A stretch of 64,000 nt of DNA from Octopus vulgaris (GCA_951406725.2 OX597818.1:93124001-93188000), one strand, 5' to 3'; positions 38,432-52,387 are shown, counted from the stretch's first letter. Program-made: numbers and translations. Notes: generated by a model not told the origin, from the letters alone.

Positions 38432-39053
38432 TTATCATCATCATCATCATTGTCGTTATCGTTTAATGTCCGCTTTCCATGTTAGCATGGGTTGGACAAT
38501 TTGACAGGGGATTGGTGAACAGGGGATTGGCTGCACCAGGCTCCAATCTTGATCTGGCAGAGTTTCTACAGCTGGATGCCCTTCCTAACGCCAACCACTC
38601 CGAGAGTGTAGTGGGTGCTTTTACGTGCCACCGGCACGAGGGCCAGTCAGGTGGTACTGGCAACAGCCACACTCAAATGGTGTTTTTTACATGCCACCTG
38701 CACAGGAGCCAGTCCAGCAGCACTGGCAATGACCTCGCTTGAATGCTTTTCCTGTGCCACCGATACAAGTGCCAGTAAGGCGACGCTAATAACAATCACA
38801 CTCTGGCAACAATCATGCTCAGATGGTGCTCTTAGCGCTCCACTAGCATGGGTGCCAGTCATCAAATTTGATTTCATTTTCGATTTTACTTGCCTCAACA
38901 GGTCTTCGCAAGCAGAGTTTAGTGTCCAATGAAGGAAAGGTACACATAAGTGGGCTGATTACACCCCTGGCATAGGCCACAAGGTTATGGTCTTCCTTGG
39001 CTTGCTGGGTCTTCTCAAGCACATTATATTTCCAAAAGTATCGCTCACTAGTC
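38432..39053 (-). mobile_element. RTE-clade LINE 3' UTR
   Basis: Matches 17500-18140. Confidence 0.85.
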
Positions 39054-39065
39054 ATATATATATAT

Positions 39066-39335
39066 ATAATCAATCCAAACAAGAACAAGCAAGAAAAAAG
39101 AACAGTGTGAGGATGTGGAACAAGTAATGTGTTATTGGACACTCAGGAAAGGAAAGAAAAAAAAGAGGACTTCATGTTTCGAGTGGAGCACTTCATCAGA
39201 AATATAGAAAATGTCCAAAGAAAGGAAGATGGAGAAAGAAAATCGCCAATGATACTCACGCAATCACATATTGAAATGACTGGAAGAGAATGGGTGATGA
39301 AAACGTTCTTTCTAAGACAGGAGAGTGCAAGAGAA
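39066..39335 (-). mobile_element. Penelope-like pLTR fragment with degenerate minimal HHR (39170-39202)
   Basis: Minus strand TTT-CTGATGA-A-GTGCTCCACTC-GAAACAT. Confidence 0.5.
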
Positions 39336-40598
39336 GAAGGTATGTGTGTGTATGTGTGGGTATGTGCTTTCATGCAAGTCAGTGTGTGTGTGTAATGATA
39401 GCAAGTATATGTGCCTGTGTGTATGTGTGTGAAATTGTGGCTGTTTATGTATGTGTGTGATTGGACTTAGTGTCACTTAAGGTCATCGGAAGAATTTATA
39501 GTAAGAATTTTGGTAGGAGTGGCTGTCTATTGTGTGTCTTCCTACACATGTGTATAGAAGAATAGTGAGCAGAAAGGTGTTTAACTGGTAGTTCGAAGTA
39601 TGTGTGTGAGTGTGTATGTATATGTTGTGTGCGTGTTTTGTGTGCAGTGTGTGTCTGTGTCTGTATGCGAGTGTACATGTGGGTATGTGTGTACACGTGA
39701 GATTGTGTGTGGGGTTGTGTCTGTGGAGTAAATGTATGTTACTGTGTGTGTGTGTGTGTGTGTGCTTGTATGTGCAAGTGTGTGTGTCCTTGTATGTATA
39801 ATTGTGTGCATGTATGAGTGTGTGTTCAGTGTGTATGGGAGGTATGTGTGGGTTCATTTGTGTGAGTGTGTATGTGTGTACGTGTGTATATGTGTGTGTG
39901 TGTATGTGTGTGCATGTGAGTGTATGTGCGTGTGTACATGAATGTGTATGTATGTGCATGTGTTTTTTGTGTGTGTGTGTGTGTGCATGTGTGTCTATAT
40001 CTGTATGCGTATGTGTATGTGCGTGTATGTATATGTATGTGTGTGTATGTGAGTTTGTGTATGCATGTTTGCGTGGGAGTCTTGTGTAGGAGTATATGTG
40101 CGTTCCTGTAAGTATGTGCATGCATGTGTGTGCTTACATGCATGTGTGCGTGTGTGTTTATGCCTATGTGTGTGTAATTGTGTGCTTGTCTGTATGAATG
40201 TGTGTTGTGTGTGTGTGGGAGGTGTGTGTACGTACATGTGTGAGTGTGTGTATGTGTATGTACGTGTGTATATGTGTGTGTATGTATGTGTGTATATGTG
40301 TGTGTGCATGTGTGTGTGCGTGTATATACGCACATGTGCATGTATGTGTATCTGTGTATGTGTGTGAAAGTATGTGTGTGTATATGTGCATGTATGTGAG
40401 TTGTATGTGTGTGGTGTGTGTGGGGGAGGTATATGTACGTTCATGTGTGTGCACGGGTGCATGTATATATATATATATATATATAAATATATATATGTAT
40501 GTATGTATACATATACATAATGGTTGCTGACTTGTTAGACAAGTATGACCATCACTGACAAATTATCTTATTTGTTTTTTTTTCTTTTTAATTTTCAG

Positions 40599-40686
40599 TG
40601 ATCATGGGACCTCTAGGGTGTTTAGTCTAAATTCAACATTTTGTATAAAAGGAAAAGAAAACACAATGTCCCATCCAAATATAAAA
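40599..40686 (+). CDS. Candidate exon (DHGTSRVFSLNSTFCIKGKENTMSHPNIK)
   Basis: Very strong acceptor TTTTTTTCTTTTTAATTTTCAG|, open frame, weak donor AAA|GTATTT; in-frame ATG at 40666. Confidence 0.4.
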
Positions 40687-40842
40687 GTATTTTAAAAAAT
40701 CAAAAAAACATCAACTAGATTAAGGCTGGGAGATAACAGTTTGCTCAAAATAGTTTCCCTCAACTTCCACCACAGCCTTAAGATGACTTCAGGACCTGGT
40801 GCATGCACAGTAACCCTAGGAAAATCTTAAAACACCTTAATC

Positions 40843-41061
40843 TTATTTTTTTATTGCCCACAAGGGACTAAACACAGAGGGGACAAACGGATTAAGTCGA
40901 TTACATCGACCCCAGTGCATAACTGGTACTTAATTTATTGACTCCGAAAGGATGAAAGGCAAAGTCGACCTCAGTGGAATTTGAACTCAGAACGTAGCGG
41001 CAGACGAAATACCGCTAAGCATTTCACCAGGCATACTAACGTTTCTGCCAGCTCACCGCCT
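40843..41061 (-). mobile_element. SINE family B
   Basis: Full family B motif from head AAGGCGGTGAGCTGGCAG to tail. Confidence 0.85.
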
Positions 41062-41764
41062 TATATATGCCTCCTTAATCTTGGCCACCAGTAACTTGGC
41101 TTTGGTGTTGCAGGTAGAGTGGTTGGTGTCTTTTTCAACTGTGTCCTACACAAAGTAATCCATCAAATTACAATTGGGGGAAATAGAAAACCAGAAATTG
41201 GGGCTTGTGAAGTCATGGAAATTCTTCAACAACCACTTCTGACTCTTTCTGGAATTATGGGAAGGGGTCAAGTCACACCTTCCATCAGCAATCCTCTCTA
41301 GCTAGGGTCTGACCTCAGGAGTTAAGCAGTATTTTAATAACACCTGCATTGTATAATGAAATTTTAAAAATTTTCCTGATCCCAAACACATATGTACATA
41401 CACACACACACACACACACACATGCACACACACACACATACTCACACACACACACACACATCACACACATGCACACTATCTTCTACAAGAAGAAATTGAC
41501 AGTGACCTTGAAGTGTTGGCTTGTCTGCCTTCATCAGGCTTTATTTAGGTTCTTTTTGGCTTTATATAGTCTTTGACAAGTTGTTTTTGGTAGGGAGATG
41601 GAACTATGTGAATGATAATTAGTTATGGTGTTAGTAGAACAGGGAAATAGTTATGTGGATAGAGAATGATAGAAAGGGAGTGTGTGTTTGTATGGCGTGT
41701 TTTGATAAAAAGCAATGGTGAGGAGATTTATTTTGATTTGATGTTGGGATTTTTTATTGTTTAG

Positions 41765-41775
41765 GTTTCAGTCAG
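41765..41775 (+). CDS. Candidate 11-nt micro-exon (VSV-R)
   Basis: TTTTTTATTGTTTAG|GTTTCAGTCAG|GTGTGA; bridges phase 0 to phase 2. Confidence 0.3.
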
Positions 41776-41860
41776 GTGTGAAAGTAAAAGTATAAACAGA
41801 CGTGTTAAATTCAGATCAAAGCATTATTTGCAAAGAAATTTTGATTTTGTTGTGTTTTAG

Positions 41861-41904
41861 GGTTCGTGAAAGAACGCTTGGGGATAAATCAGTCCGTCAA
41901 ATCA
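41861..41904 (+). CDS. Candidate exon (VRERTLGDKSVRQI)
   Basis: TTTTGTTGTGTTTTAG| acceptor and A|GTTAGT donor. Three CpGs are retained in a CpG-poor context, and the phase matches the next exon. Confidence 0.55.
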
Positions 41905-42274
41905 GTTAGTCAAACAGACTGACAAATCACTTAGGCCAAACAGATCTTAGTAGTTGAGAATTCTACAGAGATTTGAAATCTTAACATAATTCTCAGGTAG
42001 AATAGGTGTGATGGTGTGTGACAAGGCTTTGAACTAGATGCAAACCATCAAATAAGCTTTCAAACAGTTTACATCTATGCAATCGTAGGATCGACCTAAA
42101 TTTATAATAAGTAATACTTGTCCAAAATGCCATGCGGTGAGTTCAAACAAAAGATTTCATGATTGCATAGTAAACTTCTTAATTGTTATCCAACATAATT
42201 ACATACAAAAGCATGTTGAAAGATTGCATAATTAATTGTTTAAAATTGTTCTTGTTTGTTTTACCTATCCTTAG

Positions 42275-42315
42275 TTACTATTCGGGAAGTACAAAAAAAA
42301 AAAAAAATGAAGCAG
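42275..42315 (+). CDS. Candidate exon (ITIREVQKKKKMKQ)
   Basis: Long pyrimidine tract with TTAG| acceptor, CAG|GTAGGT donor, in frame with 41861-41904. Confidence 0.55.
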
Positions 42316-43352
42316 GTAGGTTTAACTAATTAGTCATTATGTACAATTGAAAATCAGGTTTTTTTTTTTTTTTTTGAGGCCATGACAGAGGTTTAACATA
42401 ATCTTATAGAAAGCCATAGTAATGACATTCAGCAAGCTAGCAGTTTACAATTCAACCATGCTGCATAAATAAATACACAAACACATACACACACACTAAC
42501 AGACATTCCAGAGATATGCATATTTTGAGAGTGTCCCATAATCTTTTGAGATGGTGAATCATAACAGAAAATTGGAACACCAAACACCATGTAGTTTTAC
42601 TTTCAAATCAAGTCCACTTTACATCCAGTTAAATTTTCTTCAATATCATTGAGGACATGACTATGTGATTAAGAGGTCTGCTTTGCAATCATGTAGTTTT
42701 GGGTTCAGCTCCTATATGCCTTGAACAAGTGCTTTTCGCTATAGCTCTGGGCCAAGTAGTGCTTTGACAGTGAAATTTGTAAATGGAGACTGTGTGGAAG
42801 AATGTTTTGTGTGTGTGTGTGTGTGTACATATACATATATATATATATATAAAGAGAGGGAGAGGGGGTGAGGAGGGGAGAGGGAGAGAGGGAGAGAGAG
42901 AGAAAGAGAAAGAGAGAGAGAAAAAGAGGTGCAGGCATGGTTGTGTGATAAGAAGCTAGCTTACCAACCACATGGTCCCAGGTTGATTCAGTCCCACTGC
43001 ATGGCACCTCAAGCAAGTATCTTCTGTCATAGCCTCGAGCCAACCAAAGCCTTGTGAGTGGTTTTGGAGGCAGAAACTAAAAGAAGCTCATCATATATAT
43101 ATATATATATGATGATTGCTTCATTTTGAGAGATGATAGCTGTCCCATCAATACACACACCACACCCTATCACACAGTACAATCACTCTGTTGATGAGCC
43201 CTTTGATGACTTTTAAGACCAGCTGCTGACTGACAGGGCTTAAAACACAAGTGACAGATATTATTTAAGTTTCTTCTATACCTTTGCCCATTGGAATCTG
43301 ATTCTGAAGGAATTTTTTTGTGAACTAGCATATGTCTTTTAAGTCCAGATAT

Positions 43353-43384
<32 letters not shown>

Positions 43385-43411
43385 TGTATGTATGTATGTA
43401 TGTATGTATGT

Positions 43412-43737
43412 GAAGGCTCAGTGGTTAGAGCATTGAGCTTACGATCGTGAGGTTGTGAGTTTGATTCCCAGACCAAACTACGTGTTGTGTTCTTGAGCAA
43501 GACACTTTATTTCACATTGCTCCAGTAACTCAGCTGTAGAAATGAGTTGCGACATCACTGGTGCCAAGCTGTATCAGCCTTTGCCTTTCCCTGGGAAAAC
43601 ATCAGTGGTGTGGAGAGGCAAGGCTGGTATGCATGGGCAACTGCTGGCCTTCTACAAACGATTTTGCCCGGACTTGTGCCTCGGAGAGTAACTTTCTAGG
43701 TGCAATCCCATGGTCATTCATGACTGAAGGGGGTCTC
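43412..43737 (+). mobile_element. tRNA-headed SINE, family C-related
   Basis: GGCTCAGTGGTTAGAGC...GAGTTTGATTCCC and TTCTTGAGCAAGACACTT. Confidence 0.75.
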
Positions 43738-45205
43738 CTCTTGTATGTATGTATGTATGATCATTCATCATCATTTTATGTCTGCTTTCCATGCTGTCAT
43801 GGTTTGGATGATTTAACTGAGAACTGGTGAGCTGGGGAGCTACACTCAGTTCCAATTTGGTTTGGCATGGTTTCTATTGCTAGATCCCCTTCCTAATACC
43901 AAAGATGCCCTCCCTAACATCAAGGATGCTCTTCCTAATACAAAGGAGGTCCTTCCTAACATGTTCCCATATCTTGTGGGGATTGGCAAAATGGACTGAG
44001 AAAATAAGTACCTGGCTTAAAAAACAAGTATTGGGTCAATTTGGTCAAGGTTGGGCCTCAGCATAGCTGCAGTCCAGTGACTGAAACAAGTAAAAGATAA
44101 AAGAGAGATAAAGACTGACTAAAGAAGAAAAGGTGTTCATTTTGTGAAGAACATAGTAGTATGCATTTTCACTGTACATAGTATGGTCAACAGAAATACA
44201 TGAGGACTCCTCATTAGATGTTTAATTGTTCTGTAAGTTTACAGGACTTGGAAGTAGAACGTGTGGCTTTATAGAACTCATCCATCTTAAAGATATACTC
44301 ATGGCAGGATTTGAACTTAACTCAAAACATTTATATTATGTTTGTACTCTTCTCATACATTTATGTATCTCTGTATGAATGCATGTATGTATGTATACAT
44401 ACATGTGTATGCATATGTGTATATGTATGTGTATGTATGCATGAACATATGTATGTATGCTTGCATGTGTATATGTTAGCGTATACATATGTACAGATTT
44501 CTAAATAATATTTTACATATATATGCAAGCATACACACACACACACACACACATGCATACACATTCACATGATTATACACATGCATACATCTATACAGAA
44601 AGGAACATACATACACACATACATATATTATATAATTGTATGTACATCTATCCATTATAAAGTGTATTCAAGAATATTCATCTACTCATAATGCAGTGTG
44701 TGTATGTGCATGTGTTTGTAAATACATACATGCATATGTATATCTGTTCATATGAATATATGTACCTATATGCATATACATGTGTGTTTGTTGTGTGTGT
44801 GTGTGTGTATTATATATACGGCCCTATACTACCATCAGTAGAACCACCATAAAAAATAAACAACACCCTTGGCTCCAACTTTGCATAACAATTAGCCTCT
44901 GTGTGGATGTCACAAGGTGATGATAGTGTGATGATGTAGTGGAGTCCTTGATTGGCGCCAACGGAGATAAGCAGCATCTAAGAGAGCCAACAGAGAATGT
45001 ACAGTACTGCAAGAGAGGAAGTGGAACTATGTTAAAGACGTATGAAGGAAGCTGGACAGACATTCAGTGTCTTTGTGGTAAAATTCTAGAATAGATTGGT
45101 CATTCACTTAGAACTGGTTTATTAATTATAGGTTAGTGTTCTTTTACTTAATGGTGTCAGTGATGGAGTCGGTGGTGGAGTTATTGTTGCCGTTGCTGCT
45201 GCTGC

Positions 45206-45236
<31 letters not shown>

Positions 45237-46019
45237 GGTGATGGTAGTGTTGTCGTTTAACCCCAGGGCAGCTCTGATTGAGTAGACTCATAGTCAAAGG
45301 ATTCCAGATGTGACTCTTCCATCTTATTTCAGACAATGTATTCAGTACAATACTATCCAGTGAGTTCTCTACCTATGGTTTTTTGGGTTTTTTTTGGCAG
45401 TAAGGCATGGTTCAAGAGAAATTTGATCGATATTTCTAGAAGATCAAAACTATATGTGACCAGTGCCATTTACATTGTCACATAGCCCCTGGTTAGCTGT
45501 GATAGGCAGTCGACCAAATAATGTCATATTACCCACAGGCCCAAGTTATATCAAGCTTCCTCCTAGCTGAGGACCAGATTGCACTTGCTGACATAGAACA
45601 ATAAATCATATGATATGCAACAGGACAGTCTGGACACATTGCATTCTCTCCACTATCCTGCCTATAGATTCTGGTAGGCGTCACAACACAGGTAGACAAG
45701 GTGGACTTGGTCAAAATATGATTGTTGGTCCTCTTTACTTACAATTGGTGATGTGTGTCCCAGTTAAAGATCAATTACGCTATCAGTGCTGCAACTATAT
45801 CTTTATGTGTATATTTCTTTTAGATTTGTCTAAGCTGAGTGGGAGAGATTGTTTTTCAGATATTGTAGCAGTATTCTGAGGTGTTGTATATACACAGGTA
45901 CATACATATTCATCTTTTATCTTTTATTCGTTTCAGTCATTAGAACACGGTCATGCTGGAGCATTGCCTTGAAGGGTTTAGCAGAAGAAAACAACGTCTG
46001 TACTTATTTTGTTTTTAGG

Positions 46020-46749
46020 CTATGACGAAAGACCGAGATCTTTGGAGATATGTTGTGACTGCGAAGACCAACAAATGAAGTGAGTTCATAGCTTGCAGGA
46101 CGGCCTTTTGTGCTAACCTTGGATAGTAGGGCGACCTACTGTGCTAGTGGAGACCTATTGAGTCAAGTACATCAACATCAAAATAAAAATCAAATGGATA
46201 TTGTAGTTGTGATACCTGTGCCGGTGGCACATTGGGTCTAACAGAGGAAATAATGAAAGACTGAGACCTCTGAGATATGCTGTGACTGCGAAGACCCGAC
46301 AAATGAAGTGAGTTCATGGCTCGCAGGACAGCCTGCTGTGCTACTCTTGGATCATAGGGTGACCTACTGTGCTTGTGGAGACCTATTGAGTCAAGTACAT
46401 CAACATCAAAATAAAAATCAAATGGAAATTGTAATTATGATACCCATGCCGGTGGCATGTAGAAAACACCATCCAAATGTGGCTGATGCCAGCGCCACCT
46501 GACTGGTGATCGTGTCGGTGACACGTAAAAAGCACCAACTGATCGTGGCCATCTGCCAGCCTCCTCTGCCCCTGTACCGGTAGCATGTAAAAAGCACCCA
46601 CTACACTCACAAAGTGATTGGCATTAGGAAGGGCATCCAGCTGTAAAAACACTGCCAGATCAGACTGGAGCCTAGTGCAGCCTCCTGGCTTCCCAGACCC
46701 CAGTTGAACCGTCCTACCCATGCTAGCATGGAAAACGGACGTTAAACGT

Positions 46750-46781
<32 letters not shown>
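46020..46781 (+). mobile_element. RTE-clade LINE 3' end with a ~240-bp tandem duplication at its 5' junction
   Basis: 46021-46232 is repeated at ~46250-46460; (GAT)n tail. Confidence 0.8.
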
Positions 46782-46783
<2 letters not shown>

Positions 46784-46973
46784 GTCTTGTATTTATTCTG
46801 TTAGTCTCCTTTTGCTAAATTATTGTAGATGTAAACATAATTGCTAAGTTATGGGGGATATAAACAAACTGTCAAGCAGTGGTGAGAGACAAACACCAAC
46901 ACAAAAGCACGCACATAGTGATACTTACATACAGACACGTACACACACATACACATACACACACACATGCATA

Positions 46974-47011
<38 letters not shown>

Positions 47012-47274
47012 TATATTAAAGCAGGCTGTAAACAATTTGGCATATTTTTAATTCTATGTCACATGTGTTTCATTACAATACAGAAAATATATAATGTGAA
47101 TAAATATTCATATTAATAATAATAACAATATTATAAATATACTAAAAGAGAATGACTCTCCCCAGACACAACAAAATCATAATAGTTATATACATGTAGA
47201 GGATCTCCTGCTTCATGAAGACACAGCATGGATTATAATCCATTGCATATACTATATAATTGTATATTTATGGA

Positions 47275-47720
47275 AGCAGGTGCAGCTGTGTGGTAAGAAG
47301 CCTGCTTTCCAGCCACATGGTTCCAGTTGCAATCCCACTGTATGGAACCTTGGGCAGGTGTTTTCTGCAAAAGCTTCAGGCTGACCAGTCTCATAAGTGG
47401 ATTTGGTAGACAGTAACTGAAAGAAGCCTAAGGCGGTGAGCTGGCAGTATTGTTAGCACACCGGATGAAATGCTTAGCGGTATTTCATCTGAAGCTACGT
47501 TCTGAGTTCAAATTCCACCAAGGTCGACTTTGCCTTTCATCCTTTTGGGGTCAATTAAATAAGTAGCAGTTACGCACTGGGGTCGATATAATCAACTTAA
47601 TCCGTTTGTCTGTCCTTATTTGTCCCCTCTGTGTGTAGCCCCTTGTGGGCAGTAAAGAAATAAGTAACTGAAAGAAGCCTATTGTATATGTATGTATGTG
47701 TGTATGTATGTATGTATGTA

Positions 47721-47762
<42 letters not shown>

Positions 47763-47972
47763 TGTGTTTGTCCCCCACCACCACTTGACAACTGCTGTTG
47801 CTGTGTTTATGTTCCTGTATCTTAGCAGTTTGGCAAAAACCAATAGAATAAGCACCAGGCTTTAAAAAAATAAGCACTTGAAGTACTTGGGTCAATTTGT
47901 TCCACTAAAATTCATCAAGGTGTTGCTCCAGCATGGCCAGAGTGTAATAAATGAAACAAGGAAAAGATAAAA
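47275..47972 (+). mobile_element. SINE family A containing a family B SINE (47431-47662)
   Basis: 19-bp TSD AGTAACTGAAAGAAGCCTA at 47412-47430 and 47663-47681. Confidence 0.9.
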
Positions 47973-47981
47973 GATATATAT

Positions 47982-48345
47982 AGGTGTAGGAGTGGCTGCG
48001 TGGTAAGGTGCTTGCTTACCAGCCACATGGTTCTGGGTTCAGTCCCACTGTGTGGCACCCCGGGCAAGTATCTTCTAGTTGACAGTGCCACTGGACTGGC
48101 TCCTGTGCAGGTGGCACGTAAAGAACACCATCTGAGCGAGGCCATTGCCCATACCACCAGACTGGCCCTTGTGCCAGTGGCACATAAAATCATCCTCTAC
48201 ACTCTTGGAGTGGTTGGCATTAGGAAGGGCATCCAGCTGTAGAAACTCTGCCAGATCAGAGTGGAGCCTGGTGCAGCCATCTGGTTTGCCAGACCTCAGT
48301 CAAATCATCCAGCCCATGCCAGCATGGAAAGCGGATGTTAAATGA
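47982..48345 (+). mobile_element. SINE A head fused to an RTE 3' end
   Basis: Family A head to ~48078, then RTE UTR ending CATGGAAAGCGGATGTTAAATGAT. Confidence 0.7.
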
Positions 48346-48781
48346 TAAACCATACAATTGGGAAGCAAACTTTTTAACCATTCTTTTAACCATTTAGCCA
48401 TTCTGAATAAAAAAAAAAAGATGTGATGACCACAGTCAGAACATCTTCAATTGTACATGTTTAAATAAAGCTAATCTTGAGTTTCACAACAACAACAGCA
48501 ACAACCACCCCTTAATCACTATCACTACCACCATCACTAATACTACAGTACTATTACTTCTTCATCTCTTACCACATCCTCATCTCATATAATGTTCTCA
48601 GTCAGAACTGGTGGAGTGCTTACCTTACAGTAATTGTCCTGGGTCTGTGTGTTCAGAGATCAAATTCCCACCAAGGTTGATGTTGCCTTTTATCCTTTTG
48701 GCATTCAATAAATAAACAATCAAATACTCATTACACCTCTCCCTCTCTCTCTCTCTCTCACTCTTTCTATCTATCTATCTA

Positions 48782-48857
<76 letters not shown>

Positions 48858-48861
48858 TCTA

Positions 48862-48898
<37 letters not shown>

Positions 48899-48987
48899 AA
48901 TTGCAGCGTGGAAGGTGTTAATAAGCCATTTAAGAATCACACAAAAACCATTAGATTCACTTCAACATTTAAATTTAATTTGTCATT

Positions 48988-49042
48988 AATTTGTCAAAAT
49001 ATTTTCTTCACTTTGAGACCGCAACCTATTCACTGACAAATT
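48988..49042 (-). ncRNA. Hammerhead-like motif with G3.U8 core (GUGAAUA)
   Basis: 9-bp stem I AATTTGTCA/TGACAAATT; GTGAATA; decayed stem II; GAAA; palindromic AATATT; cleavage-site U. Confidence 0.45.
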
Positions 49043-50292
49043 CTGTGCAGCATCTCTGAAACAAGTAAAAGAATATATATATATATATGTACGTGCATAT
49101 ATATATTATTTATATCTATGTATCTGTCTAGCTAGATATCTCTATCTCACTCTCTATCGCTTTCTCTCTTTCTCTTTTTATCTCTCACTCTCCTTTCCTC
49201 TCTCTCTCCCCTCTTCTCTCTCAACCTTCCCCTCTCTCTCTCTCTCTCCCCATTTGATTCAGGTTACATTAAAGAGTCCAAGAAAGGACTCTTCATACTT
49301 CAAGCCCCCACCAGTCCTTTCACCACCACTACCACAACCACCACCACCACCCTCACCCTCACCACTTTGTGGACTTGCTAAGAAAGGAAGAGTTGCTCCT
49401 GTTTCCTAATTCTGCCCCTCCCTCCTGACCCCACTATCAAATTATATAAACCAATTTTCCCTACCCTTCTTTCACACTGACCCCCTGCTTCCCCATCCTT
49501 TGCTAATATCAACCCACCCATTTATCTGCTCTACCCAAAATACCTACAACCCTACATCATACACCATTATTAAAACCCCAACAACCATCATCACCACAAC
49601 TGCTACCATCACCACCCTATCCTCCGCCTTGAACAACACCCTTACCTCTACTGGCACTTTATATATTAACCATCACCATCACCACTGAATCACCACTACA
49701 ATCTCTGCCACCATCACTACTGTGTCACCATCGCTACCACCACAACCACCACTCTATCTCTACACCTCCACCTCCACTACCAACACACACATTGCTTCAT
49801 TGCCACCACTAACATCGCCACCACTATCCCCCTCCCCCAATGCTACCACCACTACCACCCCACCATATCACAACCCCACTACCATCAACATTCCAACAAT
49901 CCCACCACCACCCGCCATTATCCCCACCACTACCACCACCATCCTAATTACCATTCCCACCTCCACCTCCACCTCTGCCTAATTGCTGGACCCTCAGTGA
50001 AACTGTGGGTCAACAGGCTGACCTTATACTTTCCAGCCTGTTTTCAAGGGTGTGGTTATTGTACACCCAAGTCCTTGTTTACATCATCTAACCCCCAGAT
50101 ACCACCACCATCACCTCACTCCTACTGCTAAGATTAGAGGACAGGGTTCACTGGGGTAGTGTTGATGAAGTAGTTAACAGTCCTTTAATTGGTCCCTAAT
50201 GTACTGACATTTACAAAAGTAGGGATTCACGTTATATTGAGAAAACTTAGAGTTGTTGTGTGTTTAGTTGTGTGTTATTGTGTATATGTGTA

Positions 50293-50337
<45 letters not shown>

Positions 50338-50840
50338 GTATGTGATTGTGTGTGTGTGTGTATATGAGAATGTATGTTTCTGAATGTGTGTGTGTGTGTG
50401 TGCATGTATGTGTCAGCCCATGTATGTGTGTATAAGCCTGTGCATGTGCATGTGTGCGTGTGTGTGTACATGTGAGTGCATGTATGTGTGTGTACATGTG
50501 CATGTGTGTGTTCCCAACCACATGGTTCCAGGTTCAGTTCCACTGCATGACACCTTAGGCAAATGTCTTCTACTATAGCCTTAGGCCAACCAAGGCCTTG
50601 TGAGTGGATTTGATAGATGGAAACTGAAAGAAGCCTGTCATATATACATCATCATCATTTAACGCCCGCTTTCCATGCTAGCATGGGTTGGATGATTTCA
50701 CTGAGGACTGGCGAACCAGATGGCTGTGCCAGGCTCCAATCTGATCTGGCAGAGTTTCTACAGCTGGATGCCCTTCCTAATGCCAACCACTCCGAGAGTG
50801 TAGTGGGTGCTTTTACGTGTCACATATATATAATGTAATT

Positions 50841-51460
50841 TAGATTCAGTTAAATTAGGTACTTAAGTTGAGACACCTTGTTAGGACAAACTTATTTGTA
50901 CACTCACACAATATTAGGTGAGTATCAAACTCTACATAGAAATTTTTCCACCTGACATTCATATTCAAGTAGTGTATGCAGATGGCATTCTCAAACTTTG
51001 TGAATAAATCCGCTCTTGTTTGTTCAGACATGTACTTTATATAAAGATACTTTCCAATTACTTTCAAAGTGCAGATTCCAGGGTAGGTGAGTAAATTAGA
51101 AATCAGTAACAAAGAGGTATATGTGTCAATTCATTAAGTCCGTTTTGAGTGACTCTTTTAATTGATCAATGAAAACATTACATCATTACAAATAAAACCG
51201 TTCTCATCAGATGAGTACATAGATGTCAAGCATAAAAGATGAGTTAGATATTTAAGCATATTCATATCATAGCAGCGGAATCATTGTAAATATTTGTTCT
51301 CTATTGGCAATAAATATCTAACTTGTCCTTTATGCTTGAGGTCTATATGGTCATCTGATGAGAATGATTTCCTCTGTAATGATGTAATACTTTCATTGAT
51401 CAATTAAAGGAATCACTTGAAATGACTGTGATAAATTGACACTTATACATCTGTGTTACT
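50841..51460. mobile_element. Penelope-type inverted pLTR hairpin with two degenerate HHRs
   Basis: 51105-51254 pairs with 51311-51460; each arm has TCAT-CTGATGA-GA...CACTy-rAAA. Confidence 0.7.
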
Positions 51461-51477
51461 TATTTATATTTATATGT

Positions 51478-51783
51478 GAAGGCACATGGCTTAGTGGTTA
51501 GGGTGTTGCGCTCACGATTGTGAAATTGTGGGTTTGATTCCCAGACTGGGCATTGTGTTGTGTTCTTGAGCTAAGCACTTCATTTCATGTTGCTCTGTGA
51601 TCATTTCATCCCCTGACATGTGGCACTCATTGCACCTGTACAGGTAATGTCAATCTGATGGAGGGAGTGAGCTTACATGAACACAAACATTTGATCACAA
51701 CAAACAAATTATCTGTGTGGTTGTTGGTAAGAAATTGTTGAACCCTCACACATTGTCTAATGGTTTAATGATGGAAGGGTCCA
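51478..51783 (+). mobile_element. tRNA-headed SINE, family C-related
   Basis: GGCTTAGTGGTTAGGG...GGTTTGATTCCC head. Confidence 0.7.
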
Positions 51784-51800
51784 TCATATATATATATATA

Positions 51801-52349
51801 CCGTATTTGACGGCATATTAGACGCACCCTCCTTTCAGCAGGTCAAATTCAGGAAAAAAAGTTTTAAGTGTATTTAAGCTTATATTGTTGAAAGCAGTCT
51901 AGCAGCACATTACAAAAGCAGAAAACGTTGCTGTATAAAAGCAAGCATACAAAAGGAAAGCATACAAATTACAATAGTAATCATCTTTAATCATCTTTTT
52001 AACCAGAAAACTCTTCATCATCTTCTACACCAGAAAAGTCTTCATCATCTTCAAAACAAGGAACATCCTCATCACTACTGCTTTGATTTTTACGATAATT
52101 CGTATTTTAAAGTAATAATACTGGTAATAATAATAATAATAATAATAGCAATAAAATAATGATGCATGAGTACGGAAAATATCATTAAGGCGTTAGCGTA
52201 GGTAGAAATACTTATCGTAAGCTAGGTTAGTGAGCGTCTGGGAGAAGATTAGCCTATGGGAGGGTCTTGACTTCGCATATTAGACGCAGGGTGATTTTTT
52301 TAGCCAAATTTTTTGGAAAAAAGTGCGTCCTATATGCCGTCAAATACAG
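51801..52349. mobile_element. Tc1/mariner-superfamily MITE
   Basis: TIR CCGTATTTGACGGCATATTAGACGCAC / GTGCGTCCTATATGCCGTCAAATACAG; TA TSD. Confidence 0.85.
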
Positions 52350-52387
52350 TATATATCAAAATAAGCAACAGGGACATCCAGAGGTAA

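Noticed and set aside
41505-41545. Minus-strand CTGATGAAGGC...GCC as a hammerhead
   Set aside because: GAAA is replaced by AACA and there is no stem I; at most a heavily decayed relic.
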